Origin: Antedon mediterranea
Taxonomy: Eukaryota > Animalia > Echinodermata
DNA: 64,000 bases
Assembly (NCBI RefSeq): GCF_964355755.1
Contig: NC_092675.1
Coordinates: 367,812 to 431,811 of the forward strand
Direction of reading: 5' to 3'
This document shows positions 52,201 to 64,000 of the stretch, in pieces. Within the stretch, counting starts at the first letter, position 1. Each line of letters starts with the position of its first letter. The notes beneath the pieces were generated by a model, which saw only the letters and a list, made by a program, of their open reading frames with translations, was not told where the DNA came from and searched no databases. Position numbers and translations under genes: made by a program.

Positions 52201-55200
52201 TGTTCAGCATTTCTATAAGAAAGCAAAAACCTGTCTAATTTAGTTTGCGGATCACCTGAATCATTTCGAGCAGCCCTTAATCCTTGTTTTAACGATTGAA
52301 CAAAACGCTCTGCTTGTCCATTCGTACTAGGATGATAAGGTGCAGATAATTTGTGACTAATACCATTCATAGCCATAAAACTCTTAAATTCCCCAGACGT
52401 AAACTGTGGACCATTATCAGACACTAGAACTTGGGGCAAACCATTCCGGCTAAACAAAGTTCTCAATACCCCAATAGTTTTATGTGAAGTCGTAGATTGC
52501 ATAATAAAAACTTCGGGCCACTTTGAAAAAGCATCGACCACAATCAGATATGCAAGACCCTCAAAAGGACCCGCGAAATCTACATGTACACGTTCCCCAG
52601 GGTTAGAAACAGGTAACCAAGGATGCATAGGCGCAATGGTAGGATTATTTTGTATACGCTGACATGAGTCGCACTTTTTCGCAGTTTCCTCAATTTGCGC
52701 ATCTAACAACGGCCACCAGAAATGAGAACGCGCTAACCCTTTCATTTTGACCACCCCAATATGGCCTACATGCAATTCCTCTAAAACCTGTTGTCGCAAT
52801 TTTGGTGGAATTATTACCCGGACACCCCATAACAAACAACCCCCTTCAATAGTCAGTTCGTTTCGCATTACTCTAGATAATATTACATCTTTACGGGTAT
52901 TATTTCTTATTTCGGCGCTAGTTACCGGAAGAATCTCTCTAGAACCAATATGCGCAACCGAAATTTCGCTATGACGTGGGGGACCCTCAACCGGTAATCG
53001 GGATAAACAATCCGCGTTCGCATTTGCTTGACTGTTCCTAAATTTAATATTATAATCAAACCCAGACAAATAAAGAGCCCATCGCTGGATTCGCTCAGCA
53101 GCCAAAATTGGTAACCCTTTCTTCGGACCAAATATAGTAGTTAAGGGCTTGTTGTCAGTTATTAAAATAAACTTTCGGCCATAAATATAGGAATAAAACT
53201 TTTTGCAAGCATACACGATTGCCAAGGCTTCTCTTTCTAGTTGCGGATAATTTCTTTCGGTCTTATTCAATGAACGCGATGCAAATTTAATAGGTCTTTC
53301 TTTCCCATTAACCATGTGGGATAACACAGCGCCTACCCCTTCACCTGAAGCATCCGTAGCTACTGTTAAAGGTAAATTTGGATCATAGTGAACCAAAAAC
53401 CCAGAATGTCTTAGCATTTCCTTAGATTTCACCCATGCATTTCTAGCTAATTCTGTCCATTTAAATTCTCTACCCTTTTCTAACATACTAGTTAAAGGTG
53501 CTAATATTGTGGCTAATCGAGGTACAAATGAACGGTAATAATTCACCATTCCCAGATACGATCTTAAAGTAGTAATGTCCGAAGGCAACGGCATTTGCAA
53601 AATATGATCAATTTTGTCTATGGATTTATGAACACCATGTTTATCAACACAATGTCCCAGATATTCAACAGACTGCTTCATAAATTCGCACTTTCCCCGT
53701 TTTAGTCTCAAGCCATAATCTTGCAAACGAACAAGGACCCTCTCTAAATTACCAAGGTGCTCTTGATCATCTTTCCCTGTGACCAAGATATCATCAAGGT
53801 ACACTTGTACACCCGGGAGATCCTTCAAGATAACATTCATTGCGTTTTGCCAAATTGCTGGCGCGGACGTTATGCCAAAAACCAATCGATTTTGCTGAAA
53901 CAAGCCCTTTTCAGTAATAATTGTGAGTACCTTTTTAGACTCATCGGACAACTCCATCTGATTGTAGGCTTGTGCCAGATCTAATTTGGTAAAGGTTTCA
54001 CCACCCGCAAGGTTAGACAAAATGTCGTCAACGTTAATGTTAGGTGGAGCAACAGATTGTAGCACTGGATTGATTGTGGGCTTATAATTTCCACATAATC
54101 TAACGGACCCATCCTTTTTCCGAACGGTTACTATACCACTGGCCCACTGACTATGCGTCACTGGTGTCAGAACCCCAATGTTGACCAATCTATCTAACTC
54201 AGTATCAACGTCAGACCTTAAGGCATAAGGAACCCGGTATGCTTTACTAATCATTGGCTTGGCATCTCCCTTAAGTAAAACATCAGCTTTAATATGCTTT
54301 AAAAGACCCAGTTCCTCTTTAAACAGACCCTCATGCTTATCCAAGAGTTGTTTAAGAGCATCCCTACATTCCAATTTATTAACATAATTATTATGAAAAC
54401 ATTCTTGCCAATTTAACTTGATAACATTTAACCAGTCTCGCCCTAAAAGAGAATGCTTAGTATTAGCAACAACATACATGAATAAATAATGACATTGTGA
54501 CTCATATACCACTTTAACACTGATTTTACCAAGGGGTTTTACAATCTCCCCCGTAAAACTAGTAAATGTCCGAGAACTCCCAGCAGACTCTCTCATCCCA
54601 TCCTTGTCGCCAAATGTTATGTTTTGTACACGCTAAAGACACTACAACAGTACACAGGTATAATAGACACGACTCAGTCAGGTGTGGATTCCAAGTGAAC
54701 GAGGCATTTATTAACAACAGCCTATTATACTATTCTACCAATAATATCAATGCGCGTAGACCAATCACCCATGTCTTAATACACGACAGTTAGTATTTGC
54801 CTACACAGAATAAAATAAAAATTCACATACCATTGACAGAAACTGTAAATTTGCAGCTTCCTGTTTTACCATCAGTATCCATAGCAGTACAAGCAACATC
54901 AGTCGAACCAATATTAAATAATGAACCAGAAGATGGAGTACAAGTAGCTGACAGACCAGAATCAACATTGTCAGTGACTGAGGGGTCACTCCAGGTCACT
55001 GTAGCTTGGCCTCCGTCTGTATCCTCTTCCATGTTGAATGGACAGGTCACAATGGGGGCATCAATATCTTTGTTTAGAAAGTGATGTTTTAAAGAAAACC
55101 AATGCATTTGAGATGTTGCTTTACTATATATTATTGTAGCCTACTGTATACTGAGTAATGTAAATTCAAGACTACTAGTCTAAATAAATCTTAACAAGTA

Positions 55201-58200
55201 AAAAATATCTACTAGTTAAAACCTCAGACTTACCAATGACAATAACTTTCAAATTACAGCTACCGTAATTCCCAACAGAGTCAGTAGCAAAACATGTAAC
55301 ATCAGTTGAACCAATATTAAATGATGAACCAGACGATGGAGTACAAGTAGCTGATAGACCAGTATCAACATTGTCAGTGACTGAGGGGTCATCCCAGGTC
55401 ACTGTTACTCGGTCTGAGGTTGTAATTCTAATCACGTCATCAGGACATACAACATTTGGGTTTTCATATGGATTGTTATTGTCTGAAATGAGAAGAAAAT
55501 ATCTATGTATGTCCAGATTGACAAAGTTGATAGCGTAAGTACAAATTTTAACTGTCTGAACCAGTCAACTAGAAAGTTAAAATGAATATGCTATGAAACT
55601 GACTGGAATTTAGAATAAAGAGTTTCAAGGTCCAATAAATGGTTTTCAATATTAACTAAACATTGTAATTATGAACACACTTACGATTGACTGTAATTTT
55701 AAAGGCACAGATTCCTATATTACCAGCCCTGTCTGTACAAATAACATCAGTTGAACCAAGCCGAAATGATGAACCAGAAGGTGGTATGCAATCAGCTGAG
55801 AGATCAGGATCACCATAATCCTGGACAGAGGCAATCCAGGTCACAGTAGTTTGGTCTGTGTGGCTATTTCTAACAATGTTACTTGGGCAGGTCACTGTAG
55901 GGTTACCAGTATCTATAAGCATATATTACATAAATTATAATTTTTAATTATCTGATTTCTTATTTATAATGATTAGTTTATAAAACATATTGTAGGCCTA
56001 TTGTCTTTAGAGGGTTAGTAACAACTTTCTTTGTAATACGTGAATATAAATTATTTCTGAGATCACTTTGTCTTAACAATGTACTGTCTGTAATATAGGC
56101 ACATTTGCTTTGACTCAAAATAACACTTATCATGATGATTGTTGTTGGGAATCTCCTAGCTGTACACAAAACCATCATCCCCACAATTGTTTATGACAAT
56201 TATGCAGCAAGCAGTTGGCTATAGGTTAGATGGTACAACAAGCAGTAAAAACTGGTCATTTAGTGTCATTCAACAAAAACACACCTTTAATACTCAAAAT
56301 ATAAACTGAGAATTTGTAAATATTACCAAGGACGGTAAGTGTAAATTGACAGCTTCCTGTATTACCAGCACTATCTGTAGCATTACAGGTAACATGTGTA
56401 ACAGATCCACCATTAAATGATGAACCAGAAGGTGGAGTACAATTTGCTGACAGACCGGTATCAATATTGTCACTGACTGTGGGATCATTCCAAGTATACT
56501 GTCTAAACGAGCTTGAAGATGTAGATATGTCATTACGGCATACAACAATTGGCATCTCATTGTCTAAAAAGTAATTTTTATGTTAAAGAAAATAATATCT
56601 GTTTTTTAGTTGGAGGATCTCAGTACACAATGTTTCTGTATACTGTTATACTTAGCATCTATCTATAATTCCAATGGAAAATAATTAAATGGATGTAGAC
56701 TGTAAGAGCATGCTTCCATGCTACTTCCTATTGTACTGTATATTTTGTTGTTTTCTTTTAACCAGAAAGATTTTTGCAATCACCCTAGATATCATACCTT
56801 CTAAAAGTAATTGTATGGTAAAAGTGCATTGACCAGTATTAGCATCACTGTCAGTTGCAGTACAAGTTACAGTTGTAGAGCCAACAGGAAAGTATGAACC
56901 AGATGATGAAGTACAAGTAGCAGTCAGGCCAGTGTCAACATCATCAACTACTGTTGGTGCATCCCAGGACACTCTTGATGACGATGTGCCTATAATGTCA
57001 ATGTCACCAGGACAAGTCACAACTGGTATTAAAGTAGGAACTGCATTGTTAGAAAAAAGAACAAATAAGATCAGTAAACACCTTAAAAATGATATAACAT
57101 TCCATATGAACAGTGACCACATAAAGTTTGATTTTGTGACACACCTGTGACAACAAAATGTAACTCATCTTTAAGCTGGCAAAAGATGCAAATATCAAAT
57201 TGGTTAGGCATAAAACACAAGATAATAACTTTATAATAATTGTACATTTGAATTAAATACAGCAAATAAGTAATTCTATCATTTTATATATATATATATA
57301 CAAATCAGACTTTACTTCCGTAGACATAGACTTCACAAACAGTGATCGCATTACTCTTCTTTTGAAATAGAAAGACAAAACGTCCAATTACATCTGGGTA
57401 CCAACTGTAAGAAGTGCTTAAGTAATCAATTGATCCAAGTTGGTTACTAGCATCTAAAAAAAGAAAAGTTTAAAATGTATCATTCTCAGCAATTATTGGC
57501 ATTTCGTTAGCACATACTAAATGGTTTTTCTTAACTACAGTAAAACATATTTACCTAGCATTTATGATTTAACAAAACAAATAAGATTGATGTTGCTGTT
57601 TATTTGTCAAAAACACACAAAAAGTGACAATCAGTCATTTTATATTCTAAAGCATGTTGTAAAAAAAAAAGAATGAATAATAATAAATGAAATGTGAGTA
57701 CATGACAGGTAATACTGTAATTTACCTTCATATCCATATGGTGTATATACATAAACACGTTCAATGATGTGGAGACTTCCTAAATCAATATACCAATATG
57801 GGTTCTGGTTCACTGAAACTTAATAACGGACGTACGTCAGTAAACTTCGGCTGACACAATCAGATATCTGATCATCTTCTAGTTTTCAGATAATTATTAA
57901 GTTTTTTTATCTCACTTCAATTAAATAATCATATATATTTATTTATCTGGAGGACTAAACTTGGCTTAATGCATCCTCCTCACACAATTATATTTATGAA
58001 TTTGTGTTCTGTATATATTATAGTGTGAAACAATAAACTTGAAACTTGAAGTTTAAAATGTAATGTAGGATGTATGAATTTCTCATTTTTGGAAAGTTAA
58101 GAATACTGATAGCATTACTTACCAACTGTACGTGAACATGAACCTATGCTAAAGTCCTGATTACCATTACCATCAACCGCTAAACCAGCATCATATGATA

Positions 58201-59821
58201 TACCACCAGAGGAATAAGTTGCGCTCTGGTATGCAGGCTTGCCAGTTGACACATAGCCTTTTACAAATGCTGGAAGAATGCGTGTGAAAAAAATGAATAA
58301 AAAAAAAACAAAAATAAAAAACATGTGATTGTAGTCATCCATCAAGAATTATTCTGCTGCCCAGTTTATTTCAAACCATTCCACCAAATGTATGTTAATA
58401 GTTTATTTGCGAACTTGCAACTAACCCTCCTTTCTCTCTCTTCAACCAATATTTTAGTACAAAAACACAACCAAAGCAAAGGTATAAACTAAGGCATATA
58501 CCAATGTAATTGGTTTCAGCTACATTTTTTAGACTTGTATTCTTATAGGACACCACAATGTAAAACAAAAGAAGGATCTGCAAGATAATTGTCAAATTGT
58601 CTATAATATAGTCAGCCAATGGTAGTTTTTACTGTCGGATTTGTTGGCTTCCATTTCATCAATAAACATTAATGAGGTTTACTACTAGCTGGTGAACACT
58701 ATACTTCTTTAAGTAATTTAAACATAAAACATACCATTTATACTTAAGTTTTATGTAGTCATGCTTATTTTCGGATGGGTGATAATCAAATTCATATGTA
58801 CCTGGATATTCACATCTGTCTCCTTTATATCCGGTTCGACAGGAACACCGATACGTATTGTTAGTATTAACATAACAGTTTCCATTATTTAGACAGGGAT
58901 TAGATGAACATGGGCCTAAAGGAAAAAAATAACTTTAAGTTAGGCTAACACCAGTTATTGAATAATTAAAAGTTGTCTACTGTAAATATAAATAGCTACT
59001 GTATTGATGGAATTTCTAAATTTAAACTTTAATTGGTAATATATAATAACATAATATAATCATAAACCACATCATTGAATTAAAATCACTGAATTAATAA
59101 TTTTTCCCAAAATGTCTTTAAACACAAAATTAGCACCAATAATCCCACTCAGGTGGCAAACTAGCCTTGTATCCATTAACTATCATTCTATCAGTTATGA
59201 TAGAACAAATAGAAATCAGTGCATACAACTGAAGGGGAAAGTAAAAATTATCTTGTTTTATCATCTTCCTTCCTCCATAGTTTTATAAAACACTTCCTAT
59301 AGAAGTACTGTATCAGAAAAACAATGATAAATCAGTCATTTATATACACTTTTGTTAAATTAACAATATTTTGACAGAATTTTCACAAAACTGGCATTTA
59401 TCTACAGCTCAAAATGGAAATATGGCTTATATCATACTAGGACCCTTTTGCAAACCATACAATTATACCAAAACAAACACAAACTAACACATAGTTACAG
59501 GATACTTTCATTCATTCCTAAAGCCTGGTCTAAAGTATCTAACTTTATGTCACAAACAAAATTAATGTGCCTATATATGGACATGAAGATGTCATATCAC
59601 TACTATTTTTTGTTGTCAAACTAGTTTGATAGTGTAGACAGAGCTTAAAAGTACATGGAGACCCATCCAACCATCATCCATCCCTATTTACAAATGATTT
59701 TAGACAAAAGTTAGTGTAATCTCTCTCTGTACCATCAATGCACATACTTACTCTGAGAAGAACAGATTTGACATTGCTTGAATAGAAGTACCAACATCAG
59801 TGCTATGTACCTTTCATCCAT
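49228..59821 (-). CDS. Gene 3: complete type I membrane protein SP, EGF, F-type lectin, 6 HYR, TM, Tyr-motif tail
   Basis: SP exon 59821-59752 (MDERYIALMLVLLFKQCQICSSQ). EGF 58915-58802. FTLD 58269-58123, 57818-57726, 57453-57316. HYR 57040-56798, 56563-56327, 55912-55685, 55482-55234, 55067-54831, 50642-50388. TM 50037-49959 (NYLMIALITILGIIILVIPALVFYYK). Tail 49408-49228. All phases are compatible and there are no internal stops. Confidence 0.88.
50992..51127. mobile_element. Short MITE with imperfect TIRs
   Basis: ATGGCGGATTCAAGG ... CCTGGATCTGCCACT flanking a poly-C tract. Confidence 0.45.
51182..51355 (-). repeat. 3' LTR of the Mag-type element
   Basis: Direct repeat of 54615-54788, adjacent to the PPT. 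Confidence 0.95.
51645..54596 (-). CDS. pol: Pol: partial protease, RT, RNase H, integrase (983 aa)
   Basis: LLGRDWL, YLDD, ATDAS, EREAL, ITDN, HHCC (H-x3-H...CDSC), HVDFAGP, VSDNGPQF, SNGQAERFV-like. Confidence 0.93.
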   Translation of the reverse strand: MRESAGSSRTFTSFTGEIVKPLGKISVKVVYESQCHYLFMYVVANTKHSLLGRDWLNVIKLNWQECFHNNYVNKLECRDALKQLLDKHEGLFKEELGLLKHIKADVLLKGDAKPMISKAYRVPYALRSDVDTELDRLVNIGVLTPVTHSQWASGIVTVRKKDGSVRLCGNYKPTINPVLQSVAPPNINVDDILSNLAGGETFTKLDLAQAYNQMELSDESKKVLTIITEKGLFQQNRLVFGITSAPAIWQNAMNVILKDLPGVQVYLDDILVTGKDDQEHLGNLERVLVRLQDYGLRLKRGKCEFMKQSVEYLGHCVDKHGVHKSIDKIDHILQMPLPSDITTLRSYLGMVNYYRSFVPRLATILAPLTSMLEKGREFKWTELARNAWVKSKEMLRHSGFLVHYDPNLPLTVATDASGEGVGAVLSHMVNGKERPIKFASRSLNKTERNYPQLEREALAIVYACKKFYSYIYGRKFILITDNKPLTTIFGPKKGLPILAAERIQRWALYLSGFDYNIKFRNSQANANADCLSRLPVEGPPRHSEISVAHIGSREILPVTSAEIRNNTRKDVILSRVMRNELTIEGGCLLWGVRVIIPPKLRQQVLEELHVGHIGVVKMKGLARSHFWWPLLDAQIEETAKKCDSCQRIQNNPTIAPMHPWLPVSNPGERVHVDFAGPFEGLAYLIVVDAFSKWPEVFIMQSTTSHKTIGVLRTLFSRNGLPQVLVSDNGPQFTSGEFKSFMAMNGISHKLSAPYHPSTNGQAERFVQSLKQGLRAARNDSGDPQTKLDRFLLSYRNAEHSLTKETPAKLFMNRSIRTRLDILRPNINDSVRNNLHKAMHKRDRKLRLYETNDLVYVRNYIGQTKWVPGVVVNQEGPLNYKIDVGNKLVWKRHVDQIKDRGVNVDFENKEGEDMDTEYVDKRVEEILSRKTKENCINDNVKSNDAIEQTKENCINDNVKSNVATKPSVLRRSTRVRKAPDRFHY
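54615..54788 (-). repeat. 5' LTR of the Mag-type element
   Basis: Direct repeat of 51182-51355, adjacent to the PBS. Confidence 0.95.
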
Positions 59822-62332
59822 TCTGTTTCATGATCAATCCAGCACTGAAACAACATTATAAATACATATATTTTTAGTTCCTTATCTCAGAAATAATGTA
59901 CTGAGTTTAGTTCCTATTATGTTATTTAAACTAGATTACAAATCAGACAGTTACACCAGAGATACATAATGTTCTGTTTTTGTTGCCAATGACAAGAGTG
60001 ATATTGACTTTAACCAGGTTACACAATTTCATACGGAAATTTCTATTAAGTATCTTTGATGATCTAGAATTAACATCACAATGTTTCTATTTTTGCACTA
60101 CTTAAGTAAATTATCAGATTATTATTATTAATGGTCAAACTTGTATCAAAAGTAACCACACCTATTATAAAAATATTTATAGTATTCGACGATGGTCACA
60201 TATTTTTAATAAAAATATAAATGCACTTTGAAAATAGAAACAAAAATGACTATGTTAGAAACTGGAAATGCTAGGTTATTGAAGACAAACACATTTCAAA
60301 TTTCATGTTTTTTCCCTATTATTAAGGGGAAAATGTATTATACTTATCTTCTCCACTCATGAACATGAATTTACAATTTCACTCAATCCTCAGATAGTAT
60401 ATAACCTAAAAAACTATGAATTTATTAATTATAAAAAGTTGTACAATAGTCAATCAACACTAATCAATGTCTGTATCAAATATGTAAGACAGGAGACGGT
60501 GGAGTCCAAAGTAGGGCACTGCTTGCTCATGTTTTATTGAAAATAGGTTAGGTTTTTAGAGTAGGATCCAAATTAGATAGATTATTGCTTATAAAGTCAT
60601 TTGTAAAGAAAGTATAAAGTCAGTGAGTATAGCTGGAAGATAGGATGATGCGTCTTTTCCTTTTGCCATTATAGTAGTCCCACATGATTGTTATGTTATG
60701 ATTCATAATTTCCAAAACTAACCATCACAATTATCATCAAAAAGCTTCAGAACTGTCTAAAGATGAAACCAAGATAATTCTCTGTTTTATGCCATCATTT
60801 GGTGACACTTATTATCTTCCTGTAAAGAGTTTCTTTGATTCTTTCTTTCATTCTTGCTCCCTTTCACTTTACAACATAACCAAATGATCAAGACATTCAA
60901 CTTAAAATTTATATTAATTTTGTTTATTAGCATTGCATGCTTGTAAAAAATGTAACATTATTATTGCTAAGACCAACTATTATTATTATTAAAAATTATC
61001 ACTACTTCTTCAGCAAAATTAAATTATATTTAGTTTGGTAGCTCATTGAGTAATATTGGCTTGAAATGAATATGGTTATATTTTAACACCAAGTGTCTAT
61101 TGAATTTCTTTCCAAACTGTTACAATTAATTTGATGGCCTGCTAAGACCAAGTATTTAATATACATTAAATATTTAGTTGTATTATTCTTATTTATAGTA
61201 TCTGCATATCATATCTATTTTGTACAGTGTTATAGTTATACTGTATATATTAAAATGTGATTGGTTTATTTACAACTTTATTGCATAATAAATGTGACCG
61301 CATGTTGAACCTAGAAATGTTCAAACACTTGTGAAAATCTGTAAAAATTCATCACCTACTAATGTGCAATCATGACACTGTTAAATGAAAAAAAAACAAT
61401 CAATTTGATGTTTGCACATTTTATCTAACAAAACTAACTCAATGTTGAAAAAATTTTAAACACATCCATCAATACAAGTTTGATATTTGTTTGTCATATG
61501 TTCCTACTTTGAAAAACTGTAAAAGTAATTAAATAAATTGGCTCTGTAGATTTAAGCTTACGACTTCATAATAAGCACCAACCAAGACCACAGAATATCA
61601 GCTGAGTAGTTCAATAATTGATGGATATCAACCTACTATCCAAAACATCATTAACTAGTTGAAGAAAAAGGTGATTCTGCATTTCAATACTAAAGAGAAA
61701 ATTTCAATAATTATGAATTATGTATAAAAATAATATAAAAATATAAAGCACATCAATCAGAATCAGTATTTAATTATAGGTATTACATTATTGTTTCAAA
61801 ATAAATAACATAAAGTAGGCCTACAATGCATCATAAATTGGCACTTACTGTATGTTTTTTATTGTCCCCCTGAAAAATAATTTTTAAAATTTGTGTTGTT
61901 GAATATGCCATGTTAATGTCACATAATAGTTATACACTTTGACCAAAAACTGGATCTAAACAAAATTTATTTACCTGAAAAAACTGTAATTTAAAGCAAA
62001 AAAAGGTCAAATTGATTGCCAGCCAATGGATTTTTGGTTGAATTTTACCATTTATTATGTTACTTTATTAGTGAAAACATTTTTGTTTGTCATTTTTTTT
62101 CCTCAATTTTTCATGTTTTTGGGGGACAAACCATCTGTAATGTGATTGCCGCTGTTGAATGTGTGTTTAATGCAAACCATTACCACAGTAATAATGTGAA
62201 GTGCTAGAGGCTTTGTGCATTAAGTGCTGTATAAGATCGACATTATTATTATTATTATTATTATATAAAATATTGACTTTTTAATGACATGATATCATAC
62301 CGTATTTGAAAAATGTTATTAGCCTCCCATCA

Positions 62333-63458
62333 TTACTGTTTCAAGTCAGTATATGCTGGCTCCATTGATGAATATGTGTGCAAATCTTGATACCCAGAAT
62401 TAACCCTTGCAGGTGGTGGTGGTGGTGGAACATTGTCACTACCAGCGGTTGGCAGGCTTATCTCATATTCTCTAGCAGCTGGTTCCATTGCAATATCATA
62501 ATACGTAGGCATGTTCATCTCTGTGGTATCATCCTTTCGCTTGTTCTTCTGGGAATAATAGAACCTAAGATAATGTATTAGTTCTGTCATTCTTTAAGTA
62601 ATATTTAAACAAATTAACAACATTTTAAATAATTGTTATTCATTTGTCACAGAAAATGTGTAAAGGATATTTTTAAGTAAATACAAAATGAAAAAAAGAA
62701 AATCAAAATCAAACGCAAATACTGCAATTTCTAAGATAAAGCACAGAAATACAGTTTCTATACTTTTTGCCATATTCTTAAAGGAAAAGTGCTTCTACTT
62801 CCAAGCATAATTTCAGGTATAATTCATGGAGAAAGCCAATGATTTTCTTATCACTTACAGTAAGATTAAAGAAATGTTATAATATTCTTTGTAGTAGGTT
62901 ATTAGTATTGAGACCAGAGTCTGACGGATAAAGAAGTAATGATAAAATTGCTGTAGCGCCATTATATGCACAAATCATCGCATATTTTTAAGCAGAATGA
63001 TGATCAATATTCTATGCAAAGTCATTCAAAACAATATTAACCTTATTTGAATTTTATTATTACTCCATCAGAATGGCGAGAGATTGTGTGGTCGATCGTG
63101 TGTGTGAGTGTGTGTGTTTCTTTCTATATTTGTTAGTTAGCAGGATTACTCAAAAAGTTATTGTCTGATTTTTAAAGAAGGTATGGCTGTATGGGAACAC
63201 GTAATTATATGTTCATATGCCTAGACGGAGGTTTGCGCTCTATTGAGTGCCCTTCTAGTTATACAGTATTAAACACAATTATGTTAAGCAGAGAAGTCCA
63301 ATAAATATTTTAAATTGTATATGGGCAAAACCAACACCTGCAAAAAATGACCAAAACTGGACATATCACCAAAATGATGACAGCAAGAACAATTATTACA
63401 GCTATCAGGTAACCTGGTACTGTGTAGCTTGATGTGCCTTCACTGTCTTCACTGTCTT
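62333..63458 (-). CDS. Gene 4 (3' part): TM exon and Tyr/Pro-rich cytoplasmic exon; ectodomain lies beyond the right edge
   Basis: TM exon 63458-63338 (..PGYLIAVIIVLAVIILVICPVLVIFCR, phase 1-2). Tail exon 62564-62333 FYYSQKNKRKDDTTEMNMPTYYDI..PPPPPPARVNSGYQDL..YTDLKQ*, homologous to the tails of genes 2 and 3. Confidence 0.8.
63054..63260 (+). mobile_element. Helentron/DINE-1-like non-autonomous element
   Basis: Starts TTATTACTCC, has a (GT)n tract, ends GGAGGTTTGCGCTCTATTGAGTGCCCTTCTAGTT with a subterminal hairpin. Confidence 0.6.
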
Positions 63459-64000
63459 CTAAGTAAAAACAACATTTTAACTTTTAAGGTAGTTGAGAAG
63501 GATCTCTGATAGAGATCGAAACGTTCGAGTAAGTACTCCGTTAACTTGTGCTTTTACAAAAACGAAATTTGTCATCTAACATTTTAACTATTGATATTAA
63601 TGTACAGAAAAAAAAATTACTTTCATCTTTCTAGGTATATAGCCTAATAATACAGGAGAGAGACATAACATTGCATGCCATTAATAAGCCTACTATTAGA
63701 AAACAGTATCTTCAATGAATGAATTTATCAATACTTAATCATTACTTAAAAATAACATTGTTGAGGATTTAAATGTGTGATTCAGATTATGGTTAAGAAA
63801 TTAGACTGTAGTATAAAGGCATTTATCTTGAACCACATAACCTCAGTTTACCCACTCCCACCCAAGGGGATTTCCAATGTAGTTGAATTTGTTTGCTACT
63901 GTAACAATCTGACCATCAGGTCAACAACCCTTTATCACTATTTCTCCCTACTCCAGTTAGTACATTCCTAGTGGTTTCTTCCTGTCCCTAGGTACCCTTA

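Larger units (their letters stand above)
51182..54788 (-). mobile_element. Mag-type Ty3/Gypsy LTR retrotransposon with both LTRs but no gag, in an intron of gene 3
   Basis: 174-bp TG..CA LTRs at 51182-51355 and 54615-54788 (one mismatch seen). 5-bp TSD GTTAG. PBS TGGCGACAAGGATGGGAT (tRNA-Ser-like). PPT AAAAAGGGAGAAA. Confidence 0.95.

Noticed and set aside
50408-57150. Plus-strand ORFs (50408, 54797, 56932) and alternative-frame ORFs over HYR exons
   Set aside because: Antisense or frame shadows of HYR exons.

Overview
AT-rich, intron-containing animal DNA. The HYR/EGF/F-type-lectin gene content and a Gmr1-like retroelement suggest an invertebrate deuterostome such as an echinoderm (inference). 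(1) 1-20.4 kb is a macrosatellite: about 8 copies of a ~1.74-kb spacer alternating with 7 variable-length arrays of a 25-bp GC/CpG-rich minisatellite. On the minus strand each spacer carries spliceable but inactivated exons encoding a KFGG-type CXXC zinc finger (CFP1/MBD1-like). (2) 20.4-24.3 kb is a nest of truncated retroelements: a Gmr1-like Gypsy pol plus 3' LTR abutting a CR1/L2-type LINE. (3) 24.4-63.5 kb is a head-to-tail minus-strand cluster of four related cell-surface receptor genes built from phase-1 exons. Gene 1: SP-FTLD-EGFx9, no TM found. Gene 2: EGFx10-TM, tail cut by a stop codon. Gene 3: complete SP-EGF-FTLD-HYRx6-TM-ITIM-like tail. Gene 4: only the TM and a Tyr/Pro-rich tail fall in the window. 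Interspersed are a young gag-less Mag-type LTR element, LINE fragments, a tRNA-derived SINE, MITE/Helentron-like elements and minisatellites. Exon boundaries were read manually from GT/AG signals and frame; no database searches were run.
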